A stretch of 64,000 nucleotides of DNA from Bacteroidota bacterium (GCA_049317525.1 JBMOIC010000013.1:2014-66013); one strand, 5' to 3'. Counted from the stretch's first letter, positions 32,723 through 43,227 are shown. Translations and numbers: made by a program. Notes: generated by a model not told the origin, from the letters alone.

Positions 32723-32794
32723 AGCGGGAAACGAGGGTCGAACTCGCGACATCAACCTTGGCAAGGTTGCGCTCTACCACTGAGCTATTCCCGC
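32723..32794 (-). tRNA. tRNA-Gly (GCC), CCA not encoded
   Basis: GCGGGAATAGCTCAGTGGTAGAGCGCAACCTTGCCAAGGTTGATGTCGCGAGTTCGACCCTCGTTTCCCGCT folds as a cloverleaf. Confidence 0.97.
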
Positions 32795-32815
32795 ACTCTC
32801 ACAATTGAGTGGACA

Positions 32816-32823
32816 CAAAAATA
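32816..32823 (-). promoter_or_regulatory. Bacteroidota-type -7 promoter box for tRNA-Gly
   Basis: TATTTTTG matches TAnnTTTG, about 21 nt upstream of the tRNA. Confidence 0.6.
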
Positions 32824-32838
32824 GGTTTATAGAATAAT

Positions 32839-33483
32839 TTATCCAAATTTTTTTTCAAAAATAGTGTCGAATTCTTTTAAACACAGCTGTTTTACTTCAT
32901 TCATATCAGGAATATATCCTAGCTCTTGAGATAATGAAGTAACATTCATATTATTAATTCCACAAGGGACAATCCATTCGAACTGATTGATATCATTAGA
33001 GATATTAAATGCCAATCCATGAGAAGTAACCCATCTAGAACAATGCAAGCCTATGGCACATATTTTTCTTTTTTGATCTATCCATACTCCGGTTTTTCCG
33101 GGAATTCTATCAGATTTAATATGATAATGTTTCAGTACTTCAATAATCACTTGTTCTATAGCCCTTAAGAACCAATGTAAATCTTGTTTATAATCCATTA
33201 AATTAAAAATAGGATAGACTACCATTTGTCCTGGATTATGCAAAGTGATATCTCCCCCACGATTAATTGGAATAACTTCTATATGTAATGATTGAAGAAA
33301 TTCGGAAGAAATTAATAAGTGTTGTTCGCCACCTTCTTTGCCAATGGTAATTACAGTAGGGTGCTCGCACATTATCAATGTACTATGTGATGTACCAGAT
33401 TGAATGGATTTTACTAAGTCTTCTTGTTTTTTCCAGGCATCTCTATATTGGATCATTCCCCAATCCTGAACATTGAATGGCAT
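32839..33483 (-). CDS. lipB: Lipoyl(octanoyl) transferase
   Basis: CEHPTVITIG, RGGDITLHNPGQ, KICAIG, HGLAFN, IVPCGI. Confidence 0.95.
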   Translation of the reverse strand: MPFNVQDWGMIQYRDAWKKQEDLVKSIQSGTSHSTLIMCEHPTVITIGKEGGEQHLLISSEFLQSLHIEVIPINRGGDITLHNPGQMVVYPIFNLMDYKQDLHWFLRAIEQVIIEVLKHYHIKSDRIPGKTGVWIDQKRKICAIGLHCSRWVTSHGLAFNISNDINQFEWIVPCGINNMNVTSLSQELGYIPDMNEVKQLCLKEFDTIFEKKFG

Positions 33484-33526
33484 ATAGAAACTCTGATTAA
33501 GTAATAAAGGGTAGAGATTTTATAAG

Positions 33527-33534
33527 CAAAAATA
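33527..33534 (-). promoter_or_regulatory. -7 promoter box upstream of lipB
   Basis: TATTTTTG on the minus strand. Confidence 0.55.
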
Positions 33535-33544
33535 CTCAAGATAA

Positions 33545-34690
33545 TCAGAAAGTAATGCCTGTTATCTTACAGTAATTTTTAGGATTATTTGCATTTGTAA
33601 TAGGAAATTCGAAACTAGTACTAAAAGGACCAGAATATTTAGGAGTAATTTTAACGATATAATTCATTGCAGTTTTTGGGCTTAGCCAATACCCTTGATT
33701 TTTTCCCGATATAATAATGGTTAATGAATCTGTATCTTTAAAATTGACAAATTCTTTAACATAACATGGGCTATCTGTATTATTAACAATACTACAAGAA
33801 GCCATATATACCATTGATTTAAATGCATAATTTACATGTATATCAGTTACATATACATTTGGTATTAAATGTATTTCAGCATTAACTTTAGCTATTTGTT
33901 TAACTCTGCCTTGTCCTGAATATGAAATATTAGCATGTAAATCTGCAGAAATAGAAGAACCTAATAAAGTTGAAATACATCTAATTGGAATCGACCTATA
34001 ATAACCTGGGAAAATTACCATTGGGAATATAGCATTGTTTAGCACTTGAAATTGAGATATTTCTCCTGATACAAAAGATGCACCTGTAACTGTCACATTT
34101 CGGTTACCTTTATTATATACCTTGATAGTTGTATCGCGATTTTCTCCAAAGATTAAATCTCCAAAATGCAAATCTTCTACCCATACCCTTGTTCCGGGCA
34201 AAACATTGCACCTAATTGGTACAAAGAAGTTCTTCCAAGAATTTATTAAGATTGTGTCTTGAATAATTCCTTCTTGCGTAGGCTTACATGTTAAAGAAAT
34301 TGTTCTGCTTGAACCAACTTTTCCTTTTGGTGATAGAATAAAAGAAATACTATCAGACATAAGTTTAAAGCCGATTGCACCATTAGATAATTCAACAGAA
34401 TTAATGGGAATAAATAAAGAATCTGAAGTATTAATGAATTCTACAGTTGTTGTAATTTCCGAGGATGGAAATTCTGACTCAAAATGTAAAGAAGCAGGAT
34501 TAACTACTAAATATTCTCTATATAATGAATCTAATGTTATGGAATCTATCACATTTCTTGATCTATCAGCAGGCACTTCTGTGGCTGGAGAACAAGAACT
34601 GATAAGAATCAGTAATAAAGTAATGATTGAATATGTGGTAGTAACAATCATTGAATATGTGTTGTGTGCTTTTGATGAAATAGGTGGCAA
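33545..34690 (-). CDS. Lipoprotein with tandem Ig-like (ASH/choice-of-anchor-D-like) domains
   Basis: Lipobox ISSC; LHFGD...KVYNKGNRNVTVT pattern; true start may be ATG at 34651. Confidence 0.6.
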   Translation of the reverse strand: MPPISSKAHNTYSMIVTTTYSIITLLLILISSCSPATEVPADRSRNVIDSITLDSLYREYLVVNPASLHFESEFPSSEITTTVEFINTSDSLFIPINSVELSNGAIGFKLMSDSISFILSPKGKVGSSRTISLTCKPTQEGIIQDTILINSWKNFFVPIRCNVLPGTRVWVEDLHFGDLIFGENRDTTIKVYNKGNRNVTVTGASFVSGEISQFQVLNNAIFPMVIFPGYYRSIPIRCISTLLGSSISADLHANISYSGQGRVKQIAKVNAEIHLIPNVYVTDIHVNYAFKSMVYMASCSIVNNTDSPCYVKEFVNFKDTDSLTIIISGKNQGYWLSPKTAMNYIVKITPKYSGPFSTSFEFPITNANNPKNYCKITGITF

Positions 34691-34699
34691 GGGGCAATC

Positions 34700-35860
34700 C
34701 TAAAGCTTAATCTTGGCACCATAGGTTAAGCCTATTTTTTGCGTGCTAAACCATTGTTGCTGATGTGAATACAAAGAGGAAATTCCTTCAACTCCTGTCA
34801 TTAATGTAATTCTATTTGAAAGATCATATTCGATACCGGCAGATACTCTGCCAAGTGGTCCTGTTTCGGTAGCTCCTGCAGATATTTTAACAATTGGTTT
34901 AACTGAATAATCGGTAGTAAAAGTATGCTTCCATCCAATAGCTGCCCATGATGCTAGATATGTTTGATCATATTGAATAAAATAATTTCCTTCTTGTCCA
35001 CTGAATCTATGAGGAATAAATTCTTGCCCACCTTCGGCATATATAGAATTATTTTTTGACAATGCATATTCTATGGATAATGCAAGATTATTCACACTTG
35101 GCTTGATAGATGGATTTACTGTTTGTGGTGTATAAGAATGCTGAGTAAAACCTCTTAATCCAATAGAAAATTCAGAAGTTGGTTCTTCATTAATTATTGT
35201 TTTATCTACTTTCCAAGCTACATCTTCAAATACAGTTTCAGATATATTCTCTGGCGAATATTCATCATACAAAGCAAGCGGTTTATCTACATTCACAGAT
35301 GCATCAACCATAGAAGTTTGATGTATTTCTGGGAAATACACATGAGAAAAACTAAATGGTGCCAATGCAATTGATGAATAACTATTCCTTCCAAGATTAT
35401 TCCACTGTTTATTTGAATTTTGCTGTAATTCTATTGGAGATTGTTGAATACTTTGTGAACTTTGAATTGAATTTAGTAATTGTTTATCTGGGTTCAAGGT
35501 CATAAAAAAACCAGTAAGTGCAGCCCCAGTTAACAAATACAGCAAAGGTTGTACAACAATTCCAGCAAATGTAGTCAAAGAAGTTTTTGCTGTTTCCATA
35601 AATGTTGGCTGAGCAACTGTAGTACCTAATCCAATGGCTCCTATGCGTCTTAATACACCTTCTTGCAATATTTTAGGTGGAGCTATTAATGTAGTATCAA
35701 AATGACGCTTCATTGCAAGATGTTCATTCATTTCCTGCTGTAAATCAGAATCTGATGCCAGCATTGAAAACAAAGTTGGATGCATTAATTCAGGCAATTC
35801 ACCATCAACATATAATGTTAATAATTCAGATGGTTGTAATTGTGAAAAATCTAAACTCAT
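34700..35860 (-). CDS. Putative anti-sigma factor with TM helix and C-terminal beta-barrel-like domain
   Basis: Follows an ECF sigma; N-terminal LTLYVDGEL motif; one TM; terminal IGLTYGAKIKL strands. Confidence 0.65.
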   Translation of the reverse strand: MSLDFSQLQPSELLTLYVDGELPELMHPTLFSMLASDSDLQQEMNEHLAMKRHFDTTLIAPPKILQEGVLRRIGAIGLGTTVAQPTFMETAKTSLTTFAGIVVQPLLYLLTGAALTGFFMTLNPDKQLLNSIQSSQSIQQSPIELQQNSNKQWNNLGRNSYSSIALAPFSFSHVYFPEIHQTSMVDASVNVDKPLALYDEYSPENISETVFEDVAWKVDKTIINEEPTSEFSIGLRGFTQHSYTPQTVNPSIKPSVNNLALSIEYALSKNNSIYAEGGQEFIPHRFSGQEGNYFIQYDQTYLASWAAIGWKHTFTTDYSVKPIVKISAGATETGPLGRVSAGIEYDLSNRITLMTGVEGISSLYSHQQQWFSTQKIGLTYGAKIKL

Positions 35861-35903
35861 ATATAACCTAATGTGTACTTTCTTCTAAATATGCCTAGCA
35901 TGT

Positions 35904-36527
35904 TTATGAACGATATAAATCATCAATAAATGGTGCTAGAATGACACGAATTTTTTGTTTTGCTCTATAAATTCTTGTTCGTACTATTGGCATTGTTGTT
36001 TCTACGATGTCAGCTATTTCATTATAACTATAGCCATACATTTCTCTTAATACTAATACTTCTTTATAATCATCAGGAAGCATTTCTAAAGCCGTAGCAA
36101 TTAATCTATTTAATTCAGTTTGCTCATATGGTGTATCAAAAGAAGGGAATTCAAAGTTTTCGAGTGATATTTTAGTGGAATTATACTTTTTTTGTTTTTC
36201 GTTTAAACATAAATTCCGTGCTATCTTTAATAAATATCCTTGAATATTCTGAACTTCTCTGCCTAATACTCCCATTTCATAAAATCGGACAAATGTCTCT
36301 TGAAAAATATCATCAGTTGCTTGAATCTCGCCCAATATTTTTCTGCAATAGGAATAAATCCTTGCTGAATATCTCTCATAGAGTATATTCAGACCATAAT
36401 GGGCTGATGATCCACCACCATTAAGCATAAGATAAAGCTCGATATCGCTTAGATTCTTATACCCATGGGGAGAAGATTGATCATCCACATTATGCGGAGG
36501 AATTCCTGAATTCATAAAGATGTCCAT
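35904..36527 (-). CDS. ECF RNA polymerase sigma-70 factor
   Basis: DDIFQETF, YLLKIARNLCLN, LPDDYKEVLVLREMYGYSYNEIA...VRTRIYRAK. Confidence 0.93.
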   Translation of the reverse strand: MDIFMNSGIPPHNVDDQSSPHGYKNLSDIELYLMLNGGGSSAHYGLNILYERYSARIYSYCRKILGEIQATDDIFQETFVRFYEMGVLGREVQNIQGYLLKIARNLCLNEKQKKYNSTKISLENFEFPSFDTPYEQTELNRLIATALEMLPDDYKEVLVLREMYGYSYNEIADIVETTMPIVRTRIYRAKQKIRVILAPFIDDLYRS

Positions 36528-36569
36528 TGACTTAATTGGGCTATTGATATGGTAAAGATATCAGGATTC

Positions 36570-37859
36570 TTAGTTTGTTACAGCTAATCCCTTTTTACCT
36601 ATATCTTTTCTAAAATACATACCTTGAAATGAAATATGTTCTATACTTTTATATGCTTTTTGAATTGCTTCAGATAATGTTTCTGCATGAGCACAAACTC
36701 CTAATACCCTGCCTCCAGATGTTATGATATTGTTATCTACATCTTGGCTTGTTCCAGCATGATAAATCGTAATCTGCTCATTAGGATTAATATTTTCTGT
36801 TCCATATATCTTATATCCAATGTTATAATGATCAGGATATCCCCCAGATGCAAGTACAATATTGCATGCAAAACCTTTTGATCTTTGTTTCATATGCTCT
36901 GCTTGTATAGAACCATTGGCAGCAGAGTACAATAATGCAGCTAAATCACCTTCAAAAACTGTAAGAACAGCTTGAGTTTCGGGGTCTCCAAAGCGACAAT
37001 TAAACTCTATCACAGATGGATTTCCATTATCTATCATTAAACCACAGAATAAACAACCTACAAATGGATATCCAGCTTCTTTCATGGCTTTTAAGGTTGG
37101 AGTAAATATGGTATCTGCTACTTTTTGCAATACTTCGTCAGTTACAATTGGTGCAGGGGCATATGCTCCCATACCGCCAGTATTTTTCCCTACATCATTA
37201 TCATATATTCTTTTATGATCTTGAGCAGGAGCCAACATCACAAAATTCTCACCATCACATATTGCAAAAACTGATGCCTCTTCCCCCTGTAAAAATTCCT
37301 CAATAACTATTTTAGAACCTGCGTCTGCAAATAATCCAGAAAAAATATCATTTATAGCATCATGCGCTTCTTGTTTTGATTCTGCAACAATAACACCCTT
37401 ACCAGCTGCTAATCCGTCTGCTTTTATCACAATTGGAACAACAGAATGTTCAATATAATCATGTGCTAATTCTGCTTGATCACCAGTAAATGTAGTATAC
37501 CTTGCAGTAGGGATATTATGGGATATCATTAGCTCTTTAGAAAAGCTTTTTGATGATTCTATGCGGGCTGCTAATGCAGAAGGACCAAATACCGAAATAC
37601 CTTTATCTGTTAACATATCAGCTAATCCATTCACCAGAGGAGCCTCTGGTCCGATAACAACTAATTCAATAGCATTTCTTTTACAAAATGAAATAATGGT
37701 ATTTGGATCATTCAAAGAACAATCAGTAACTTTTTGTGCTAAAGTTAAAATCCCTGGATTTCCTGGTAATGCAAATAATAAATCACAAGAAGCAGATTGT
37801 TTTAAACCCTTAGCTAATGCATGTTCTCTTCCGCCAGAACCAATCAATAAAATATTCAT
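36570..37859 (-). CDS. purD: Phosphoribosylamine--glycine ligase
   Basis: GSGGREHAL, KADGLAAGKGV, QDHKR, NTGGMGAY, RFGDPE. Confidence 0.98.
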   Translation of the reverse strand: MNILLIGSGGREHALAKGLKQSASCDLLFALPGNPGILTLAQKVTDCSLNDPNTIISFCKRNAIELVVIGPEAPLVNGLADMLTDKGISVFGPSALAARIESSKSFSKELMISHNIPTARYTTFTGDQAELAHDYIEHSVVPIVIKADGLAAGKGVIVAESKQEAHDAINDIFSGLFADAGSKIVIEEFLQGEEASVFAICDGENFVMLAPAQDHKRIYDNDVGKNTGGMGAYAPAPIVTDEVLQKVADTIFTPTLKAMKEAGYPFVGCLFCGLMIDNGNPSVIEFNCRFGDPETQAVLTVFEGDLAALLYSAANGSIQAEHMKQRSKGFACNIVLASGGYPDHYNIGYKIYGTENINPNEQITIYHAGTSQDVDNNIITSGGRVLGVCAHAETLSEAIQKAYKSIEHISFQGMYFRKDIGKKGLAVTN

Positions 37860-37892
37860 ACGATATTATATATAAAAGTAGATAGAATGCTT

Positions 37893-37900
37893 CAAAAATA
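37893..37900 (-). promoter_or_regulatory. -7 promoter box upstream of purD
   Basis: TATTTTTG on the minus strand. Confidence 0.55.
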
Positions 37901-37956
37901 CTGAGTTTTTATTGTCTAAATAGACAATTCAACAGTAATTTTATCTTATAACTTTA

Positions 37957-38931
37957 TTAATATCTAAACATGAGAGAAGTTCTGGTTCCCACTAAGTATG
38001 TATTCCAATTAGAATCGTGTAATATTGGTGTTAGTGGCATTTGAACAAAACCTTCAATTCCTAATCCAATTGGACCAAACATTAATTGCCATCCAAGTGA
38101 ATATTCTATTCTACATCTAAATGATTGTAATTCCTTTAATCTTTTATCTTGTTCTAATATTATAACATTACTTCCATTTGAATAGCGTATATACTCCCTA
38201 TCACTCATTATTGTTGATGAATATATCTGATTAGAATATGCCATAAAACCACCTATAGCACCAATACTTGTGGTATATACAGAATATACTTGCATATCAG
38301 CAACTGTTAGATATGCACCATAAATTGAGAATTCAAGTCCTGCAGATATATTAATCTCATATTCTTTTAAAAATATAGTATGTAATTCTTCTAATGTTTT
38401 TTTTTGTCTATCTATGCCTAGATATGACTTTGTTTTATCAATTGCATATAAAGTAGAATTTGTACTTAATAAATCTGTTCCTATTCTAAGAACTGTATTT
38501 AATGGTTTTAAAGAAATTCTTCTGCGTATTCCTATGCTCCATAAATCATCCTCTGGAATATCATCATCAGTTTCTTCCATAGAAAATGGAGACAAAGTAT
38601 GCATATCCTTTTTGATAAATGGATGTGAAGAAGTAAATTCTAAATCTGGATATATAAAGCTATTACTTTTTATAGGTAAGCTATTTTGATATATACCATC
38701 CATAAAAAATGGTGTTCCCATGCCGGTAATATCTAATGTAGAAATAGCTGGTATCGATGGAAACCAACCATAAGAAGACTCTGCATTAAAATCTGATTCA
38801 ACTGTGAATGCTTCTGGTGTTAATTCTTCCAGATTTATTTTTGGTTTTCTTGTAGAATCTCTTTTTACTGTTTCTTGTCCAAAAGCAATAATTGAGCTAC
38901 ACAATAAACAGATTATATATAAATAATTCAT
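37957..38931 (-). CDS. Hypothetical outer-membrane beta-barrel-like protein
   Basis: Likely start MNYLYII (ATGA overlap with the upstream stop); signal peptide; terminal aromatic residue. Confidence 0.55.
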   Translation of the reverse strand: MNYLYIICLLCSSIIAFGQETVKRDSTRKPKINLEELTPEAFTVESDFNAESSYGWFPSIPAISTLDITGMGTPFFMDGIYQNSLPIKSNSFIYPDLEFTSSHPFIKKDMHTLSPFSMEETDDDIPEDDLWSIGIRRRISLKPLNTVLRIGTDLLSTNSTLYAIDKTKSYLGIDRQKKTLEELHTIFLKEYEINISAGLEFSIYGAYLTVADMQVYSVYTTSIGAIGGFMAYSNQIYSSTIMSDREYIRYSNGSNVIILEQDKRLKELQSFRCRIEYSLGWQLMFGPIGLGIEGFVQMPLTPILHDSNWNTYLVGTRTSLMFRY

Positions 38932-39608
38932 GGAGAAACACTCCATTTTTTTACAATCTCTCCAGAATTTGTTTGTATATGAAAGAAATAGACTCCTGGG
39001 CTTTGTATATAAGGTAAAATTTCCCAAGACCATTGATATTGTCCTGAAAAAGCTTGAAAAAACTTCTCTTTATATATTATTCTTCCAAGAATATCCAATA
39101 TCTGAATTGATATATCAGATGGCCTATCTATGCGATAAAACCAAGTAGTTATTTGATAAATAGAAACTGGATTAGGAATATTATCCGAAACAGCCGCAAT
39201 TCTTATATAAGGAAGTGGTGTATATAATGACTGCACATATACTTGCTGCACAGTATCTAGAATTATGGCTCTGTTTTGTATTATCTGAATATGCATTGTT
39301 GTTATGCTATCAGTTCCTGCCAAAGGGCTTATATATACATTGACTTTACCAATTTCTTTGGTGAAGAATATAATACTATCATTTGTTAAGCGATTGATAT
39401 ATATAGTTTTATCATTGATTGAAAGTGAATCAATAAATAATAATGTGGGGTTTGCAATAGTGATGTTCCATGATAATGAATCTTCATATGTGCATGGATA
39501 TTCATATATATAGCTCTTGCCTATTGACAATGTATCTTCTGCAAGTCCATCAGAACAAATAAAGAAAGACAAGGCTAATAGTATTTTATAAAAAACAGAA
39601 GTCCCCAT
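38928..39608 (-). CDS. Secreted hypothetical protein with T9SS-like C-terminal domain
   Basis: Signal peptide; NIPNP...ILDILGR...SPGVYFFHI...VKK. Confidence 0.65.
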   Translation of the reverse strand: MGTSVFYKILLALSFFICSDGLAEDTLSIGKSYIYEYPCTYEDSLSWNITIANPTLLFIDSLSINDKTIYINRLTNDSIIFFTKEIGKVNVYISPLAGTDSITTMHIQIIQNRAIILDTVQQVYVQSLYTPLPYIRIAAVSDNIPNPVSIYQITTWFYRIDRPSDISIQILDILGRIIYKEKFFQAFSGQYQWSWEILPYIQSPGVYFFHIQTNSGEIVKKWSVSP

Positions 39609-39609
39609 T

Positions 39610-41250
39610 TTAATTCCTCATCATGATAAATTCTGTTCTTCTATTTTGTTTTCTTTGTTCTTCATTTTCATTTGAATTTAATGGCTCAGATTCTCCCATT
39701 CCTTTAGGAATTAATCTATTTTTCATGATGCCTTTTTGTACGATAGCTGATGCAACTGATTGTGCCCTTGCCAAAGAGAGTTCCAGATTATTTTTTTCTG
39801 TTCCGATATCATCTGTATGACCTCTAATCTCAATTATTAATTCTGGATTATTATTCATAGCTACTACTATTTCATCAATTATTTGTTCATTTCCAGCAGA
39901 CATAATTGATGTGCCACTTTCGAACTGAATATTTGCTATGTGTATAGAACCTTTATTTTCATAAAACTGAAATAACGATTTATCATAATATCCATGTGTA
40001 TATCCAACTATGTCTTTCCTTAGTTGAACAAATAGTCCAATTTTATGAATATCAGCAGATTTTGGTGGTGTATACGAAATACGATAATGATTTTTTATAC
40101 TTTTTACTATATCTGCTAATACATATGGAAACTCTTTGATTGTGTAGATTCTATACATTTTACCTCCGGTAGCTGAAGATAATTTTTTAAGAGGCATTTC
40201 ATCTGTCATGCCATAAGCAATAGAAAATATTGGAATATTATGTGCTCTACTTAGTCTGATAATGCTATCTTCATGAATCTTTGAAGAATTATCACCTCCA
40301 TCGCTAAATAAAACGATAATGCGTTGATGCATTGAAACTTTCTTTAATTCCTCTATTCCTGCAGCTGTACCATCATATAAGGCTGTACCACTTCCATAAC
40401 TTTTAGTAGAATCATCTTTAAATGAAGAATTTCCATTAAAGCCTATAGATAAACCCGAAGAATAATTTCTTAAGCCATCAATTTTAAATAGCGAAGTATA
40501 TGTTTGATAATTATTCATTAATGGTACTTCAGTAAATATCTTAGATGTGAATTTAATAACAGATATATAATCTTCATCATATAACATATCCATTGTATTT
40601 CGTACAGCTTCTTGTAATTTTATTGCACGTGAATTTCCCATAGAAGGAGAATGGTCTAAAACAAAAGATAATGCTAATGGATTTCTTTGATCTTCTCTAA
40701 TTTCCTTCACTGAAAATGATCCTACTCTGCTTTTTTTATATGAAATCGAGCTAGAATCTGTAAGTGATTTCCAAATTACACTTGGGTTTTTGGGTGTAAC
40801 AATAATACCTTTATCACCAGCTAATCCTTTTATGAAATGTCCAGAAGAATCCGTTACTTTTACCAACATTATTATTGAGTCTGGATAATGAGAATCATCA
40901 ATCCTTATTATTGATGTTTGAATTGTCTGATAAGATATACTTTGATTATTCGAAAAGATTTCTTGTACAGTTGGTGATATCTGATTTTGCTGAATGGTAT
41001 CGTTAAGTGTCTGAGAATGATAGCCTAATGAAGAAAACAAAGAGTCATTCAATAAAGCTGATTGGGATGAAAATGGATATTGATAAAGCAATGAATCAAA
41101 CATAATTTCTGATGTCTGATATACAGGACGATATCCCTTGGGTGGCTGCAATTCCATGATTTGTTGTACCATCATATGTGGACATCCAATAAGAAAGAAT
41201 GCCAATAGACAAGGAATACACTTCAGGAATATACGATGCATTACAAGCAT
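39610..41250 (-). CDS. VWA-domain plus OmpA-like domain lipoprotein
   Basis: Lipobox LIGC; MIDAS DHSPS, TALYD, LFSDG; GHTD...NLELSLARA...NRRTEF. Start at 41250 or 41241. Confidence 0.85.
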   Translation of the reverse strand: MLVMHRIFLKCIPCLLAFFLIGCPHMMVQQIMELQPPKGYRPVYQTSEIMFDSLLYQYPFSSQSALLNDSLFSSLGYHSQTLNDTIQQNQISPTVQEIFSNNQSISYQTIQTSIIRIDDSHYPDSIIMLVKVTDSSGHFIKGLAGDKGIIVTPKNPSVIWKSLTDSSSISYKKSRVGSFSVKEIREDQRNPLALSFVLDHSPSMGNSRAIKLQEAVRNTMDMLYDEDYISVIKFTSKIFTEVPLMNNYQTYTSLFKIDGLRNYSSGLSIGFNGNSSFKDDSTKSYGSGTALYDGTAAGIEELKKVSMHQRIIVLFSDGGDNSSKIHEDSIIRLSRAHNIPIFSIAYGMTDEMPLKKLSSATGGKMYRIYTIKEFPYVLADIVKSIKNHYRISYTPPKSADIHKIGLFVQLRKDIVGYTHGYYDKSLFQFYENKGSIHIANIQFESGTSIMSAGNEQIIDEIVVAMNNNPELIIEIRGHTDDIGTEKNNLELSLARAQSVASAIVQKGIMKNRLIPKGMGESEPLNSNENEEQRKQNRRTEFIMMRN

Positions 41251-41403
41251 GGAGATGACATTAAAAAATAGAATAAACTGATTATTATAAGTAAAAAGCA
41301 GATAATTAGTGAATAAAAAACAGATGTTATTACACCTTAAGCTCACTTTATCAAGTAAACTCGTACTTTTGTTTAATTCTTTCAATAATTTCAGTTAATA
41401 TTT

Positions 41404-42765
41404 ATGAATGTTCATTCCAGTATTTTAAGTTTAATTGGTAATACTCCTTTGGTTCGCTTGAATTCTGTAGCTAAAGATATTCCAGCACAGATTTATGTAA
41501 AATTAGAAAGTAGAAATCCTGGTGGATCTGTAAAAGATAGAATTGGCATAGCAATGATAGAAGCCGCCGAGGCTGAAGGAAAAATTAAACCAGGTGGATT
41601 AATTGTAGAACCTACAAGTGGCAATACAGGAATTGGCCTTGCTTTAGCAGCAATTTTAAAAGGATATTCATGTTTATTTGTGATGTCTGATAAAGCCTCA
41701 CAAGAAAGAGTTAAATATTTAAAAGCGATTGGGGCAGATGTTTTAATTGTATCAAGTGCAGCAAAAGCTGATTCTCCTGATTATTATTTTAATACCGCAT
41801 TAAGATTATCCCAAGAGATTCCAAATGCAATCATGCTAAATCAATATGATTATCAAGCAAATCCTGCAATTCATGAAGCTACAACAGGACCAGAAATTTG
41901 GAATGATACAGATGGAATGGTAACTCATTTTATTGCTGGTATTGGAACTGGTGGTACTATAACAGGTACTTCCAGATTTTTAAAAAAACAGAATCCTAAT
42001 ATCAAAATTATTGCTGCAGACCCAACAGGTTCTTGTATTAAAGCATTTAAAGAAACAGGTAAATTGGTAGAAGCTTTGCCCTACTTAATCGAAGGTGTTG
42101 GACAAGAACGCATACCTGGAAATTTAGATATAGACCTTATCGATGAAATTGTAAATATTAATGATAAAGAAGCATTTACGATAGCACGACGTTTAGCTAG
42201 AGAAGAAGGGATATTTTGTGGTGGATCTAGCGGAATGAATGTTGCTGCAGCCCTAAAAATAGGAAAGAATCTCACTGAAAAAGATATCGTTGTAGCTATT
42301 ATCTGTGATACAGGAGAAAGATATTTAACTAAACATCATTCCGATGAATGGTTAAAAGAAAAGAATTTATTAAATGAAGATAAAATGTCTGTAAAAACAG
42401 CATTATCTGTTAAATCAAATCAAAGATTATTAGCACATCTTCTATCAATTTCTCCAGATGATACTGTTGAACAAGCATTACAATTAATGCAAGAAAATGA
42501 AATTTCTGAATTACCAGTATTTGATAATGGCAAGCCAATTGGAACTGTTCGTGACAATAAACTAATGTCTAAAGTTATTGCAGATCGATCCTTTTTGGCA
42601 AAACAGATATCAGAAATCATGGAAATTCCTATGCCAATTATAGACTCACATGCTGATATTCAATCTGCAATTATTGCTTTAAAAGATAATCATGCTGTTT
42701 TGGTTTCTGATTTTGGAAAGATAACAGGAATTTTAACTAGACATGATATTCTTGAATTTATTTAA
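41404..42765 (+). CDS. Cystathionine beta-synthase with C-terminal CBS domains
   Basis: NPGGSVKDR, PTSGNTG, GIGTGGT, YLIEGVG; CBS pair. Confidence 0.88.
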   Translation: MNVHSSILSLIGNTPLVRLNSVAKDIPAQIYVKLESRNPGGSVKDRIGIAMIEAAEAEGKIKPGGLIVEPTSGNTGIGLALAAILKGYSCLFVMSDKASQERVKYLKAIGADVLIVSSAAKADSPDYYFNTALRLSQEIPNAIMLNQYDYQANPAIHEATTGPEIWNDTDGMVTHFIAGIGTGGTITGTSRFLKKQNPNIKIIAADPTGSCIKAFKETGKLVEALPYLIEGVGQERIPGNLDIDLIDEIVNINDKEAFTIARRLAREEGIFCGGSSGMNVAAALKIGKNLTEKDIVVAIICDTGERYLTKHHSDEWLKEKNLLNEDKMSVKTALSVKSNQRLLAHLLSISPDDTVEQALQLMQENEISELPVFDNGKPIGTVRDNKLMSKVIADRSFLAKQISEIMEIPMPIIDSHADIQSAIIALKDNHAVLVSDFGKITGILTRHDILEFI

Positions 42766-42771
42766 TATTTT

Positions 42772-43227
42772 ATGATTGATATTGTTTTAGCAATAGGCCT
42801 AGTGATAAGTACTGTGATAGGAATGGAATGTATTGCTTGGACGGTGCATAAATACCTTATGCATGGCCCTTTGTGGTTTATTCATAAAACCCATCATCAA
42901 GCAAGAAAAGGTCTTTTTGAGTTAAATGATATATTTGGGATATTCTTTGCAATTATTGCAATTGGATGCTTTGTTCAAGGAATTACAACTGATAATTCCT
43001 TGATAATATCTATAGGTGTGGGTATTACTTTATATGGTTTTTTATACTTTTTTGCTCATGACATAATTGTTCATCAAAGAGTAAAAATGTTTGCTAAATC
43101 TACGAATTCATATATTCTTGCTTTAAAAAAAGCCCATAGAATTCATCATAAAACCCTTACCAAAAAGAATGCTGAAGAATTTGGGTTTTTATTTGTAAAA
43201 AAAGAATATATACAAAAATCCAAATAA
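42772..43227 (+). CDS. crtZ: Beta-carotene hydroxylase
   Basis: His boxes HKYLMHG, HKTHH, FELND, HDIIVHQR, HRIHH. Confidence 0.9.
   Translation: MIDIVLAIGLVISTVIGMECIAWTVHKYLMHGPLWFIHKTHHQARKGLFELNDIFGIFFAIIAIGCFVQGITTDNSLIISIGVGITLYGFLYFFAHDIIVHQRVKMFAKSTNSYILALKKAHRIHHKTLTKKNAEEFGFLFVKKEYIQKSK

Noticed and set aside
32723-32794. tRNA-Gly as an integration site
   Set aside because: No integrase nearby, and I saw no second copy of the tRNA 3' end.
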